Shown: in pieces, positions 53,896-64,000 of the stretch | Position numbering within the stretch: the stretch's first letter is position 1 | Layout: each line of letters opens with the position of its first letter | DNA from: an uncultured Candidatus Saccharibacteria bacterium | GTDB lineage: Bacteria; Patescibacteriota; Minisyncoccia; Phycocordibacterales; CAYSCM01 | DNA: 64,000 nucleotides | Assembly: GCA_964429815.1 (NCBI GenBank) | Contig: CAYSCM010000001.1 | Span: forward strand, 32,001 to 96,000 | Direction: 5' to 3' | The notes under the pieces: generated by a model | Told to the model about the DNA's origin: nothing | Databases searched by the model: none | The model's input: only the letters and a program-made list of their open reading frames with translations | Translations under genes and position numbers: made by a program

Positions 53896-55281
53896 CTAGA
53901 ATTTGAACCCGTTACCAAAGAGTGCTCGCACTGCGCCCTTGTTTTCCCGGTGAAGAAGGCCGAGCGCATAAAGGAAGGTACGGCTTATAGAGACCGCGGT
54001 AAACATCGAGACGAGGACCCCGACCCCGAAGACAAGCGCAAAACCTTTAATAACCGCTGTGCCGCCAAGCCAGTAGAGGATAAAGGCGGTAATGATGGAA
54101 GAAATATTTGAGTCGCGGATTGAAGGCCACGCACGCGCAAAGCCTTCACGGATGGCTTCACCGAGCTTGTGTCCACGATTGAGCTCCTCTTTCATACGCT
54201 CGAATATGAGAATGTTCGCGTCAACCGCCATACCGACAGAGAGAATGAATCCTGCGATGCCGGCCGCAGTGAGCGTCACCGGGATGATCTTAAAGAGCGC
54301 GAGCATCATGACGACGTACATTCCGAGCGCCAGAATAGAGATGAGGCCGGGGAGGCGGTACCACAGGAGCATGAAGAGGGCGACGGCAAGGAAGCCGAGT
54401 TCGCCCGCATAGACACTCTTAGCTGCTGCCGCTTCTCCGAGCGAGGCACCGATCGTTTGAGTCCCGATAAGGGAAATGGGTACAGGGAGCGCGCCGAAAT
54501 TGAGGCTCTGCACAAGATCGCGCGCCTCGGTCGGCGTAAAGTTCCCGGAAATCGTCGCTTTACCACCAGTGATGGCCTCGCGGATGACTGGGGTCGATAT
54601 CGGTACGCCGTCGAGGAAAATGCCCAGTACGCCGCCTACATGCTCGCGCGTAATCTTTTCAAAAAGCGCCGAACCTTCCGCATTGAATTCGATCGACACG
54701 ATCGGTTGATTAATGTTCGCGCCACCCTGCCCTGTCCCGAAATTGAGCGTTGCGCGGGAGAAGAGGCGCCCGGTGAGGCCGGTGTCCGTGAAGGCCGAGT
54801 TGACGTCGAAAGTTTTGGCCTCTGAGGAGCCCGGCTCCGGTATCTTCGCGTCCGGCTTCATGAGCTTGAACTCAAGGAGAGGCGTCTTGCCGATGGCGAA
54901 AATCGCGGCGTTTACGTCCGTGACGCCAGGAAGCTCGACGATGAGGCGGTTCTCGGAGACGCCGGAGAGCGCGCTTGCGCGCTCCACCTGCACGAGAGGC
55001 TCCGAGACACCGAAAGCATTTACACGGCTCTCAATGACGGTGCGCAGCACTTCCATCGATGGTCCAATGTCGCCGGAAGCAACCTTTTTGGTGTCGGCTT
55101 TGTAGACGAGATGCGACCCGCCCGAGAGGTCGAGGCCGAGCTTAAAGGCGAAGCGCCCCGGGGAAAGCTGGGAGTGATAGACGAAGTAGCCGACCGCAAT
55201 CCCTGCGATGAGTATTAAAATGGCACTGACGCGCTGCCATACCATGGGGGTGAGCTTAGCAGAAAACCCTACCGTATGCAC
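53896..55281 (-). CDS. secD: Protein-export membrane protein SecD
   Basis: LGLDLSGGSHLVY is the SecD motif. The C-terminal TM bundle contains SIITAFILYWLG. It is adjacent to and co-oriented with secF. Confidence 0.85.
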   Translation of the reverse strand: MHTVGFSAKLTPMVWQRVSAILILIAGIAVGYFVYHSQLSPGRFAFKLGLDLSGGSHLVYKADTKKVASGDIGPSMEVLRTVIESRVNAFGVSEPLVQVERASALSGVSENRLIVELPGVTDVNAAIFAIGKTPLLEFKLMKPDAKIPEPGSSEAKTFDVNSAFTDTGLTGRLFSRATLNFGTGQGGANINQPIVSIEFNAEGSALFEKITREHVGGVLGIFLDGVPISTPVIREAITGGKATISGNFTPTEARDLVQSLNFGALPVPISLIGTQTIGASLGEAAAAKSVYAGELGFLAVALFMLLWYRLPGLISILALGMYVVMMLALFKIIPVTLTAAGIAGFILSVGMAVDANILIFERMKEELNRGHKLGEAIREGFARAWPSIRDSNISSIITAFILYWLGGTAVIKGFALVFGVGVLVSMFTAVSISRTFLYALGLLHRENKGAVRALFGNGFKF

Positions 55282-55286
55282 TACTG

Positions 55287-56231
55287 CTACAGGAGCTCCT
55301 GGGTTTGTGTGAGACCTTCGATAAGCGTATGTCGAGGCACGTATCCGAGAATCTTTTTTGCCTTAGATATATCGGCAAAGCTGTGTGGGATATCTCCAGG
55401 GCGAGAGGGCGCAAAATGAGGCTCGATAGAGGTTCCAAGCACGGTGTTGATGGTCGCCACAAGTTCGCGAAGGTTCGTCCGCTCCAGCCCCCCCACATTG
55501 AAAACCTCGCCCGCGATACCCTCTTTCTCTGCCGCCAAGATATTTGCAGCCACGGCGTCGGAGACGTAGGTGAACGAGCGGGAAGCTGACCCATCGCCAT
55601 AAATAGTCGGCCGTTCCCCGGCCTTCATAAGTTTAATGAATTTGGGAATTACCGCGGAATACTCTGAATTCGGATCCTGCCGCGGCCCATAGATATTAAA
55701 ATAGCGTAGGGAGACAGTTTCGAGCCCGAAAAGCGAATAAAATTGTTTTGCGTACACCTCCCCGAGATATTTCTGCGCAGCATAGGGAGAAAGAGGATTG
55801 GGAGGCAAATCTTCGACCTGCGGTAGCACGGGCGTGTCGCCATAGTAGGAACTTGATGCGGCATACACCACTCGCTGGACGCCCGTGTCGCGGGCCGCGA
55901 GAAGTACCTGGAGCGTTCCCGTCGCATTCGCCTCATGCGAGGTAAGCGGGTCCCGTACGCTCTTGGGAACGGACGGTACCGCTGCCTGGTGGAACACAAC
56001 ATTAGCGCCCGAGAAAACGCGGGCGAGAGCGCCGAGGTCGAGAATGCTCGCCGGTATGAATTCGATACGGTCGGCAACACCTTTAAGATTTTCTGCACTA
56101 CCTGTTGATACGTCATCGACCACTCTGACGGTATACCCGCGCAACAGAAGCTCTTCAACGAGATGCGAACCAATGAATCCCGCACCTCCTGTTACCACAG
56201 CTCTTTTCATGGTAGGTGTAACGACCTTCAT
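55287..56231 (-). CDS. UDP-hexose 4-epimerase-like NAD-dependent epimerase (WbpP/GalE family)
   Basis: MKRAVVTGGAGFIGSHLVEELL is the N-terminal motif and YAAQK is the YxxxK motif. It is about 310 aa. Confidence 0.8.
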   Translation of the reverse strand: MKVVTPTMKRAVVTGGAGFIGSHLVEELLLRGYTVRVVDDVSTGSAENLKGVADRIEFIPASILDLGALARVFSGANVVFHQAAVPSVPKSVRDPLTSHEANATGTLQVLLAARDTGVQRVVYAASSSYYGDTPVLPQVEDLPPNPLSPYAAQKYLGEVYAKQFYSLFGLETVSLRYFNIYGPRQDPNSEYSAVIPKFIKLMKAGERPTIYGDGSASRSFTYVSDAVAANILAAEKEGIAGEVFNVGGLERTNLRELVATINTVLGTSIEPHFAPSRPGDIPHSFADISKAKKILGYVPRHTLIEGLTQTQELL

Positions 56232-56236
56232 GCGGC

Positions 56237-57586
56237 CTACGTTCCACTTCTCGAGAGAAGTGCGCGTACGGTCTTAAGGGCAATGTGGAAATCAAGCACG
56301 AGTGAGCGGTGTTTTACGTAGTACAAGTCGTAGGAGAGTTTCCGCGCTGTTTTTTCAACGTCAACGACACCCCGGGGGGCATCGTAGTCATTGATCTGTG
56401 CCCAGCCGGAGAGACCTGGCTTCACCAGGTGTCGGGCGTTGTAGAGAGGTAATTCTTTTTCGTAGGCCCTAACCAACGTGGGGATCTCCGGACGAGGCCC
56501 GATGAGAGAGAGCTCACCCCGTAAGACATTCAAGAGCTGGGGAAACTCGTCGATACGTGATTTGCGCAGTACTTTTCCCGCCTCCGTGATACGGTTTTTC
56601 TTGTGAAGCTCAGGATCGCCGTGATCATCAAAGAGCCAAGAGCGGAATTTCATGAGCTCAAAAGAGCGGTTATTCTGTCCGACCCTCTCCTGAGATATAA
56701 AAAGCGGCCCCGAGGAAGTTACTCTCAGTGCGATCGCGCCTCCAAAGCAAAATGGGAGCGCGATGACACCCGCAATGAGTGCCACCACGATGTCCATCGC
56801 ACGCTTGAGCGCGTCATACGCACTATGCCGATCGCGAATTTCTTCAGTGAGAAGCTTGGTTTCGTCGATGAGTGTAAGCGGCACACGCTGAAAGAGGTCC
56901 TCAAAGAGCGTCGCAGTATCGATAAAACGCGTACCCTCGAACACTAACGCGGAAAAATCGCGCGCGTACGGGGAAAGTTTCTCGTGGTGCGCATCGAATA
57001 CAATGACCCGAGGCCTTTCTTGGCGCGCACGCGCGAGAATTTTTTTTGCATCGAAGGCGCTCGCGGAGATTTTGTCTTTAAGGATGATGCCGTGTCGTGG
57101 ATTATGTGTGAGCTCATGCGCTATCGCATCTATCTCCTTTCCCTCCCCAATGAGATACGCTGTCACAGGTACCCGAGGTCGAAGCTTCGGGACAATGAGA
57201 AGTCGCCAGAAAAGAATACTCCCCACAGATACACCGAGGTAGATGAGAAGTGTCGTCTTCGGAGCAATACCAAACCAAGGAGCAAAGAAAAAGAACAAGG
57301 CGGCAATGATGACATTCGCGACTTGGGCCTGGACAATCGCTAGCGGCATGCGCTCAACCACCGCGAGAGTGCGACGCTCGTAGAGCTCAAGAATGAAAAA
57401 AACCCCTATCCAAACGAGAAAGAGGAACGAAAACGGCACAAGATGTTGCAGGAAAACGGCTCCGGTCGGAAACGAAAAGGTCCTCAAATAGAGGGATAGC
57501 CATAGGGACGCGACAAAACAAAAAACGTCTCCGAGGAGGAGCACGAAGGTGCCGGTGTGCCGAAGCCGCATGGTCACACCATACAA
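56237..57586 (-). CDS. Polyprenyl-phosphate hexose-1-phosphate transferase (WbaP/WcaJ-type initiating sugar transferase, bacterial sugar transferase family)
   Basis: There are N-terminal TM helices. A C-terminal catalytic domain carries GPLFISQERVGQNNRSFELMKFRSW and PGLSGWAQIN. Confidence 0.8.
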   Translation of the reverse strand: MYGVTMRLRHTGTFVLLLGDVFCFVASLWLSLYLRTFSFPTGAVFLQHLVPFSFLFLVWIGVFFILELYERRTLAVVERMPLAIVQAQVANVIIAALFFFFAPWFGIAPKTTLLIYLGVSVGSILFWRLLIVPKLRPRVPVTAYLIGEGKEIDAIAHELTHNPRHGIILKDKISASAFDAKKILARARQERPRVIVFDAHHEKLSPYARDFSALVFEGTRFIDTATLFEDLFQRVPLTLIDETKLLTEEIRDRHSAYDALKRAMDIVVALIAGVIALPFCFGGAIALRVTSSGPLFISQERVGQNNRSFELMKFRSWLFDDHGDPELHKKNRITEAGKVLRKSRIDEFPQLLNVLRGELSLIGPRPEIPTLVRAYEKELPLYNARHLVKPGLSGWAQINDYDAPRGVVDVEKTARKLSYDLYYVKHRSLVLDFHIALKTVRALLSRSGT

Positions 57587-57649
57587 CGATTTAGCTCTTA
57601 CACAAGTTACCTATGTGGAGCGCTACCTCGTGGTAGCCTTTTATAAACT

Positions 57650-58762
57650 ATGAAGGTTCTCTATGTCATCACAAAAGGTAATTTTGGAGGCGCCCAGCGC
57701 TACGTGTTTGAGTTGGCGGTTGAAGCAAAACGTCGAGGGCATGATGTGACTGTCGTTTACGGGGAGCCCGGCGTATTGATCAAGAAGCTAGCAGGGGCCT
57801 ACATACGGACAATTTCCCTTTCTACTCTTCAGAGAAACATCAATCCCCTCAAAGAGATCGGGAGTTTCATTCGCCTTGTGTCCCTCATACATTCATTACA
57901 TCCTGATGTGGTCCATCTCAATAGCGCCAAAGCCGGAGGACTCGGCGCCCTCGCCGCTCGCGTGATGGCAGTACCACGAATTGTTTTCACTGTTCATGGC
58001 TGGCCCTTTAACGAAGAACGGCTATGGGTTGACAACATGGTCCGGGCTTTGTTGCAGTGGCTTACGGTGATGCTAACGCATGTAAGCATTGTCGTTGCAG
58101 AGAGCGACAAAAAGCAGGTCGCTCACTGGCCCTTTGTGCAGAAGAAAATAGTGTGCATTCATAATGGCGTTGGCACCATAGATTTTCTTGAAAGGAGCAC
58201 CTCGCGCGCAAACCTTTTATCTACGCACGTCGAGAAATTCTGGATCGGAGCACATACCGAAAACAAAAATAAGGGCATCGACTTTCTTTTGAAAGCCTAT
58301 GCGCGCGCCCGGGAAAAACTTTCTTCCGCGATCATCGTACTTTTCGGCACAGGGCCGGAAGAGTCCAATCTTAAACGCCTCACACGGGAGTTAGGGATCG
58401 AGGATAAGGTTTTTTTTCTTGGATTTTTAGATAATGCACGAGCGTACCTTAAAGCTTTCGATGTTTACACCATTCCCTCCCGTAAAGAAGGATTGCCGTA
58501 TTCACTCCTCGAGGCCGGCGCGGCGGGACTCCCGGTCGTTGCGAGCCGGGTGGGAGGCATCCCCGAAGCAGTAACCGACACGCAAAGTGGTTTTCTCACA
58601 GCCCCTGGCGATGTAGTACTTCTTTCAGCCAGGCTCGCAGAGCTCATAGAAAGCGAACCGCTGCGCGAAAAATTTGGACAGGCCTTGCGAGCGAAAGTTG
58701 AAAAAGAATTCTCTCTTTCTCACGTGTTTGAAAAAACATTTGCTCTCTACTCACACCCCTAG
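57650..58762 (+). CDS. Glycosyltransferase family 4 (WbuB-like)
   Basis: The N-terminal MKVLYVITKGNFGGAQRYVFELA and the C-terminal SRKEGLPYSLLEAGAAGLPVVASRVGGIPE match GT4. Confidence 0.75.
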   Translation: MKVLYVITKGNFGGAQRYVFELAVEAKRRGHDVTVVYGEPGVLIKKLAGAYIRTISLSTLQRNINPLKEIGSFIRLVSLIHSLHPDVVHLNSAKAGGLGALAARVMAVPRIVFTVHGWPFNEERLWVDNMVRALLQWLTVMLTHVSIVVAESDKKQVAHWPFVQKKIVCIHNGVGTIDFLERSTSRANLLSTHVEKFWIGAHTENKNKGIDFLLKAYARAREKLSSAIIVLFGTGPEESNLKRLTRELGIEDKVFFLGFLDNARAYLKAFDVYTIPSRKEGLPYSLLEAGAAGLPVVASRVGGIPEAVTDTQSGFLTAPGDVVLLSARLAELIESEPLREKFGQALRAKVEKEFSLSHVFEKTFALYSHP

Positions 58763-59902
58763 AAACTCTTTCCCGATATCGTCGCGGTGGAAGGCCCTGC
58801 TGTAGGCTCGCTGTCCCATCAAAATGCCGAGCCCCATATACTCGGTGAGGAGGTGTGAGCCGCCGTAGCTCATGAAGGGAATGGTGATGCCGGTCACCGG
58901 CAAGAGCCCGATGTTGAAACCGATGTGAATGATGAGGTGACTCAAGAAGTACACCGCAAGGCCAGCTGCAAATAAGGTCTCAAAATTACTCTCCCCGTGC
59001 ATAGCGGTCGCGATGATACGCCACAAAATAATCCCGTAGAGGATAAAGAGCAGAAGAACGCCAACAAATCCCCACTCTTCGGCGAACGCTGCGAAGATAA
59101 AGTCCGTTTGATACTCAGGGAGAAACTGCAGCCGGCTCTGGGTTCCGTAACCAACCCCCTTCCCCACAAGCCGTCCCGAGCCGACCGCGATCGTGGACTG
59201 GTAGGCATTGTAGCCGGCGCCGCGAATGTCGGTGAGGGGGTGAATGAACGTGAGGACGCGCTGCTTCTGGTATGGCCGGAGTGCAAAGAGCCACATGCCC
59301 GCCGCTATCACGGCCGCGACCAGAAAGACCGTGAGAAGATGACGAAGCGATATCCCCGCAACGAGGACCATCCCGAGCCATATGGTGCCGATGATGATGG
59401 CCGAACCGAGATCAGGCTGGAGAAAGATGAGGACGAAAGGAACGAGCGTATACGCGCCAGAGAGGAGGATGTGCCGGATGTGTGCTATTTCCACATGCCG
59501 ACGCGAAAAATACTTGGCGAGGACTATGATGAGCACGAGCTTCATCGGGTCGGCGGGTTGCAGCGCGAATGAACCGAAGTTGAAGCGAGCCTGAGCGCCC
59601 TTAGCGATGGAGCCGAACACGAAAATGAGGAAGAGCAGCGCGATGGCCGCGACGTAGAGCGACGCGATAACGGAGGTGCGCCGCAGGAAGTGATAGTCGA
59701 AGAGTGCGAAAATGAAAAAGCTCGCAAGCGCGAGCGCTATCCAGACAAGCTGTTTGTTGAAGAAGTAATTCTCCGCCCCGAAGGAATTCATCGTAAAGAG
59801 GCCTGCCGCGAGGATGGGGAGCGTCGAGAGGAGGAGCACCCAGTCGATACTCTGCCGTATGTTCGTGAAAAAACGGCGTCCTCGGGCGATGGTAGCGGCC
59901 AT
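58751..59902 (-). CDS. SEDS-family peptidoglycan glycosyltransferase (FtsW/RodA/SpoVE)
   Basis: It has ten hydrophobic segments and the C-terminal YGGSHLLTEYMGLGILM. The start is taken as 59902, abutting the upstream gene; the ORF track extends to 59971. Confidence 0.8.
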   Translation of the reverse strand: MAATIARGRRFFTNIRQSIDWVLLLSTLPILAAGLFTMNSFGAENYFFNKQLVWIALALASFFIFALFDYHFLRRTSVIASLYVAAIALLFLIFVFGSIAKGAQARFNFGSFALQPADPMKLVLIIVLAKYFSRRHVEIAHIRHILLSGAYTLVPFVLIFLQPDLGSAIIIGTIWLGMVLVAGISLRHLLTVFLVAAVIAAGMWLFALRPYQKQRVLTFIHPLTDIRGAGYNAYQSTIAVGSGRLVGKGVGYGTQSRLQFLPEYQTDFIFAAFAEEWGFVGVLLLFILYGIILWRIIATAMHGESNFETLFAAGLAVYFLSHLIIHIGFNIGLLPVTGITIPFMSYGGSHLLTEYMGLGILMGQRAYSRAFHRDDIGKEFLGV

Positions 59903-59904
59903 GA

Positions 59905-60666
59905 TCAGAGAGGCCTGACCCGGACCTTCACATCGACCGTAGTCGAGGTCGCTGTAAACGGACGAGGCCACGTGAAGGTGAGCGTGTTACTCCCCTGCGC
60001 AGGGAGCTCTCTCACGACCGTGCGGGACGCCGCCATTGCATTGCCGTTTTCGTTGAAGATAACCGCGGTCGCCTCGATGCTTTGTATCGGCCGAAGTGAG
60101 GTGTTGCTGATGGTCACCGTGAGCTTGGGAGAGGCGCCCGCCTCGGAAAGTCCTCGCTCCCCTATCAAAATACTTTTAGCAGGATCGTCGGCTAGGGTGA
60201 AATTTTGTACGGGCGAAAATTCGAAGAAGGTGCGCGAGGGGGTTCGATTCCCCGTCGTTATGCCCGGTTCAACGATGACGTTAACCTGGCCTGGCGAGAG
60301 GAATGTGGTCCCCTTACGCTCCACGACGAGGATGTTTCCCTCATCGTAGAGCTTGAAATCGTAGGGAAAGGAGAGAACAGCACCGCTCTCATTGGGATTG
60401 TTGACGTAGGCGATCGCCGTCCACACCCCCGGCGTTACCTCGACGGAGCGTGCCCACATGACCGTGGCTGGGGATGTTTTGAAGGGGCAGATTTTCTTGC
60501 AAGCGCCACCGCAGTCAATTCCCTCTTCCCTGCCATCTTGTCTGCCGTCGGAGCAGGTCGGCGCCGTGGAGAGGAGTGAGTACGCGATACCCCCAAAAAG
60601 AAGCAGAAGAACGAGTAGTATGCCGCTTACGTAGAGGCCCTTGCGGCGATTAGCCCAGGCTGACAT
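59905..60666 (-). CDS. Hypothetical membrane-anchored extracytoplasmic protein with Cys-rich segment
   Basis: The start at 60666 is MSAWANRRKGLYVSGILLVLLLLFGGIAY, an N-terminal anchor. It contains CSDGRQDGREEGIDCGGACKKIC. The rest is beta-rich with no assignable family. Confidence 0.5.
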   Translation of the reverse strand: MSAWANRRKGLYVSGILLVLLLLFGGIAYSLLSTAPTCSDGRQDGREEGIDCGGACKKICPFKTSPATVMWARSVEVTPGVWTAIAYVNNPNESGAVLSFPYDFKLYDEGNILVVERKGTTFLSPGQVNVIVEPGITTGNRTPSRTFFEFSPVQNFTLADDPAKSILIGERGLSEAGASPKLTVTISNTSLRPIQSIEATAVIFNENGNAMAASRTVVRELPAQGSNTLTFTWPRPFTATSTTVDVKVRVRPL

Positions 60667-60683
60667 GGGAAGAATAGTAACAC

Positions 60684-60717
60684 GAAAAAAACACCTCACT
60701 TTGAGGTGTTTTTTTGA
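60684..60717. terminator. Bidirectional intrinsic terminator (AAAAAAACACCTCA-CTT-TGAGGTGTTTTTTT)
   Basis: It is a perfect 8-bp stem flanked by A7 and T7 runs. It lies between the 5S region and the start of the convergent or adjacent protein gene. Confidence 0.6.
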
Positions 60718-60732
60718 CTTTTAAATCCCCTA

Positions 60733-60790
60733 ACCTGGCGGCTACCTACTCTCCCCTTGCGAGTACCTAGCGGCGTAGCGGGCTGAAAGC
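60733..60790 (-). repeat. Partial duplicate of the 3' about 55 nt of 5S rRNA (pseudo-copy)
   Basis: The region 60733-60770 is identical to the 3' end of the intact 5S (aacctggcggctacctactctccccttgcgagtacc). It then diverges into unrelated hairpin-forming sequence. Confidence 0.45.
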
Positions 60791-60839
60791 GAGGGTTCGC
60801 AGCTTTCAGAGCCGCAGGCCTGTTCGAGGCCGAGGCGGG

Positions 60840-60875
60840 GTCACGCATAAAATGCAGCAGCATTTTATGCGTGAC
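60840..60875. repeat. Perfect 16-bp-stem palindrome (GTCACGCATAAAATGC-agca-GCATTTTATGCGTGAC)
   Basis: It was read directly from the sequence. There is no flanking T-run, so it is not a canonical terminator. It lies between the intact 5S and the 5S 3' pseudo-copy. Confidence 0.5.
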
Positions 60876-60914
60876 TAACGGCATGTCCCGTCCAAAATGT
60901 TAGTTAGAAACTAT

Positions 60915-61020
60915 AACCTGGCGGCTACCTACTCTCCCCTTGCGAGTACCATCGGCGCTAGCGGGCTTAACGGCCGTGTTCGGAATGAGAACGGGTGTTT
61001 CCCCGCCGCCAAACCACCAG
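60915..61020 (-). rRNA. rrf: 5S ribosomal RNA
   Basis: The reverse complement reads CTGGTGGTTTGGCGGCGGGGAAACACCCGTTCTCATTCCGAACACGGCCGTTAAGCCCGCTAGCGCCGATGGTACTCGCAAGGGGAGAGTAGGTAGCCGCCAGGTT. It has the canonical CCGAAC and GCGCCGATGGTA blocks and the 3' AGTAGG..GCCAGG. Confidence 0.8.
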
Positions 61021-61075
61021 ATTATAAATTCCAACTATTTTCGATCTCTAAGTGTGACATTTTGGACGGATTCTC

Positions 61076-61120
61076 GGAATGAGAACGGGTGTTTCCCCGC
61101 CGCCAAACCACCAGATTATG
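61076..61120 (-). repeat. Duplicate of the 5' about 38 nt of 5S rRNA plus 7 nt of its leader
   Basis: It is 45 nt identical to 60971-61015 (cggaatgagaacgggtgtttccccgccgccaaaccaccagattat). Confidence 0.5.
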
Positions 61121-61464
61121 AGATTCAAAAAGTCGGGTTCGGCAGCCGACTTCCTCGATAGGATGAGGAAGATCGGCTGCCGCCCGCGCAAGGACGTGAG
61201 CAGTTGAGCGGGGCGCTCCTCCCGAGCGGCCACCATTCCCATCGCAGTGCTAAAGCGCTTCTTAGAATGGTCGCGGAGGGCGACACCATTCCAGCTCCGC
61301 AAAGGGTCCGTGCACGCTTCTTTCCCACGTCCGAAAAGCGAAAACAAAGAACTTAACGTTTCGAAGCGTCCGAAATCCGGGTAGATTTCGGCCACCAGTA
61401 AAACGTCAAGCGGGTTAAAAAAGTAACGAAAATCATATTCAATCAATTGCGACATGCAGATTCC

Positions 61465-64000
<2,536 letters not shown>

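Overview
This 64 kb window is GC-rich (about 56-58% by eye) and bacterial. I infer it is CPR/Patescibacteria-like because the rRNA genes are unlinked, the 16S is atypical, and there is a lamin-tail-domain protein, a VirD4-like ATPase and tightly packed overlapping operons. I cannot confirm the taxonomy from sequence alone.

The dominant feature is a very large, mostly minus-strand glycan-biosynthesis supercluster spanning about 0.4-41.7 kb. It encodes at least 10 glycosyltransferases (8 GT4, a TagF-like enzyme and a GT9-like enzyme), a Wzx-like flippase and a suite of NDP-sugar epimerases/dehydratases including two tandem GDP-mannose 4,6-dehydratases and a Gmm-like Nudix hydrolase. It also carries an ADP-heptose-type pathway (GmhA, a split HldA kinase and HldC adenylyltransferase), a NeuA/KdsB-type cytidylyltransferase with two KdsC-type phosphatases, and a sugar aminotransferase. 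The cluster further carries an AsnB-like amidotransferase and two sulfotransferases. There are five SAM methyltransferases plus a TylCIII-like C-methyltransferase and a cobalamin-dependent radical SAM enzyme. Two independent TPP-dependent systems are present: an acetolactate-synthase-like enzyme and a PDH-E1 alpha/beta pair. The initiating polyprenyl-phosphate sugar transferase (WbaP-like) and another GT4 sit separately near SecDF and FtsW.

The other half of the window contains a LTD protein with a VirD4/TraD-like ATPase, RsmI, papain-like C39-family proteins and SecD/SecF. It also holds a split rRNA arrangement: a partial 23S, then 5S flanked by partial 5S duplicates, then 9 kb of protein genes, then the 16S, then tRNA-Ile(GAT) and tRNA-Leu(CAG).

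The most unusual structure is at the 16S 3' end. The 16S body ends in a divergent 3' tail. This is followed by a bidirectional terminator, a 4-gene operon of small membrane proteins with strong Shine-Dalgarno sites, another terminator, and only then an orphan copy of the canonical 16S 3' terminus (GGATCACCTCCTT) next to tRNA-Ile. The layout resembles an island that inserted into the 3' end of the 16S gene and restored that end, as tRNA-targeting islands do.

All functional calls come from motif recognition by eye. No database searches were run.
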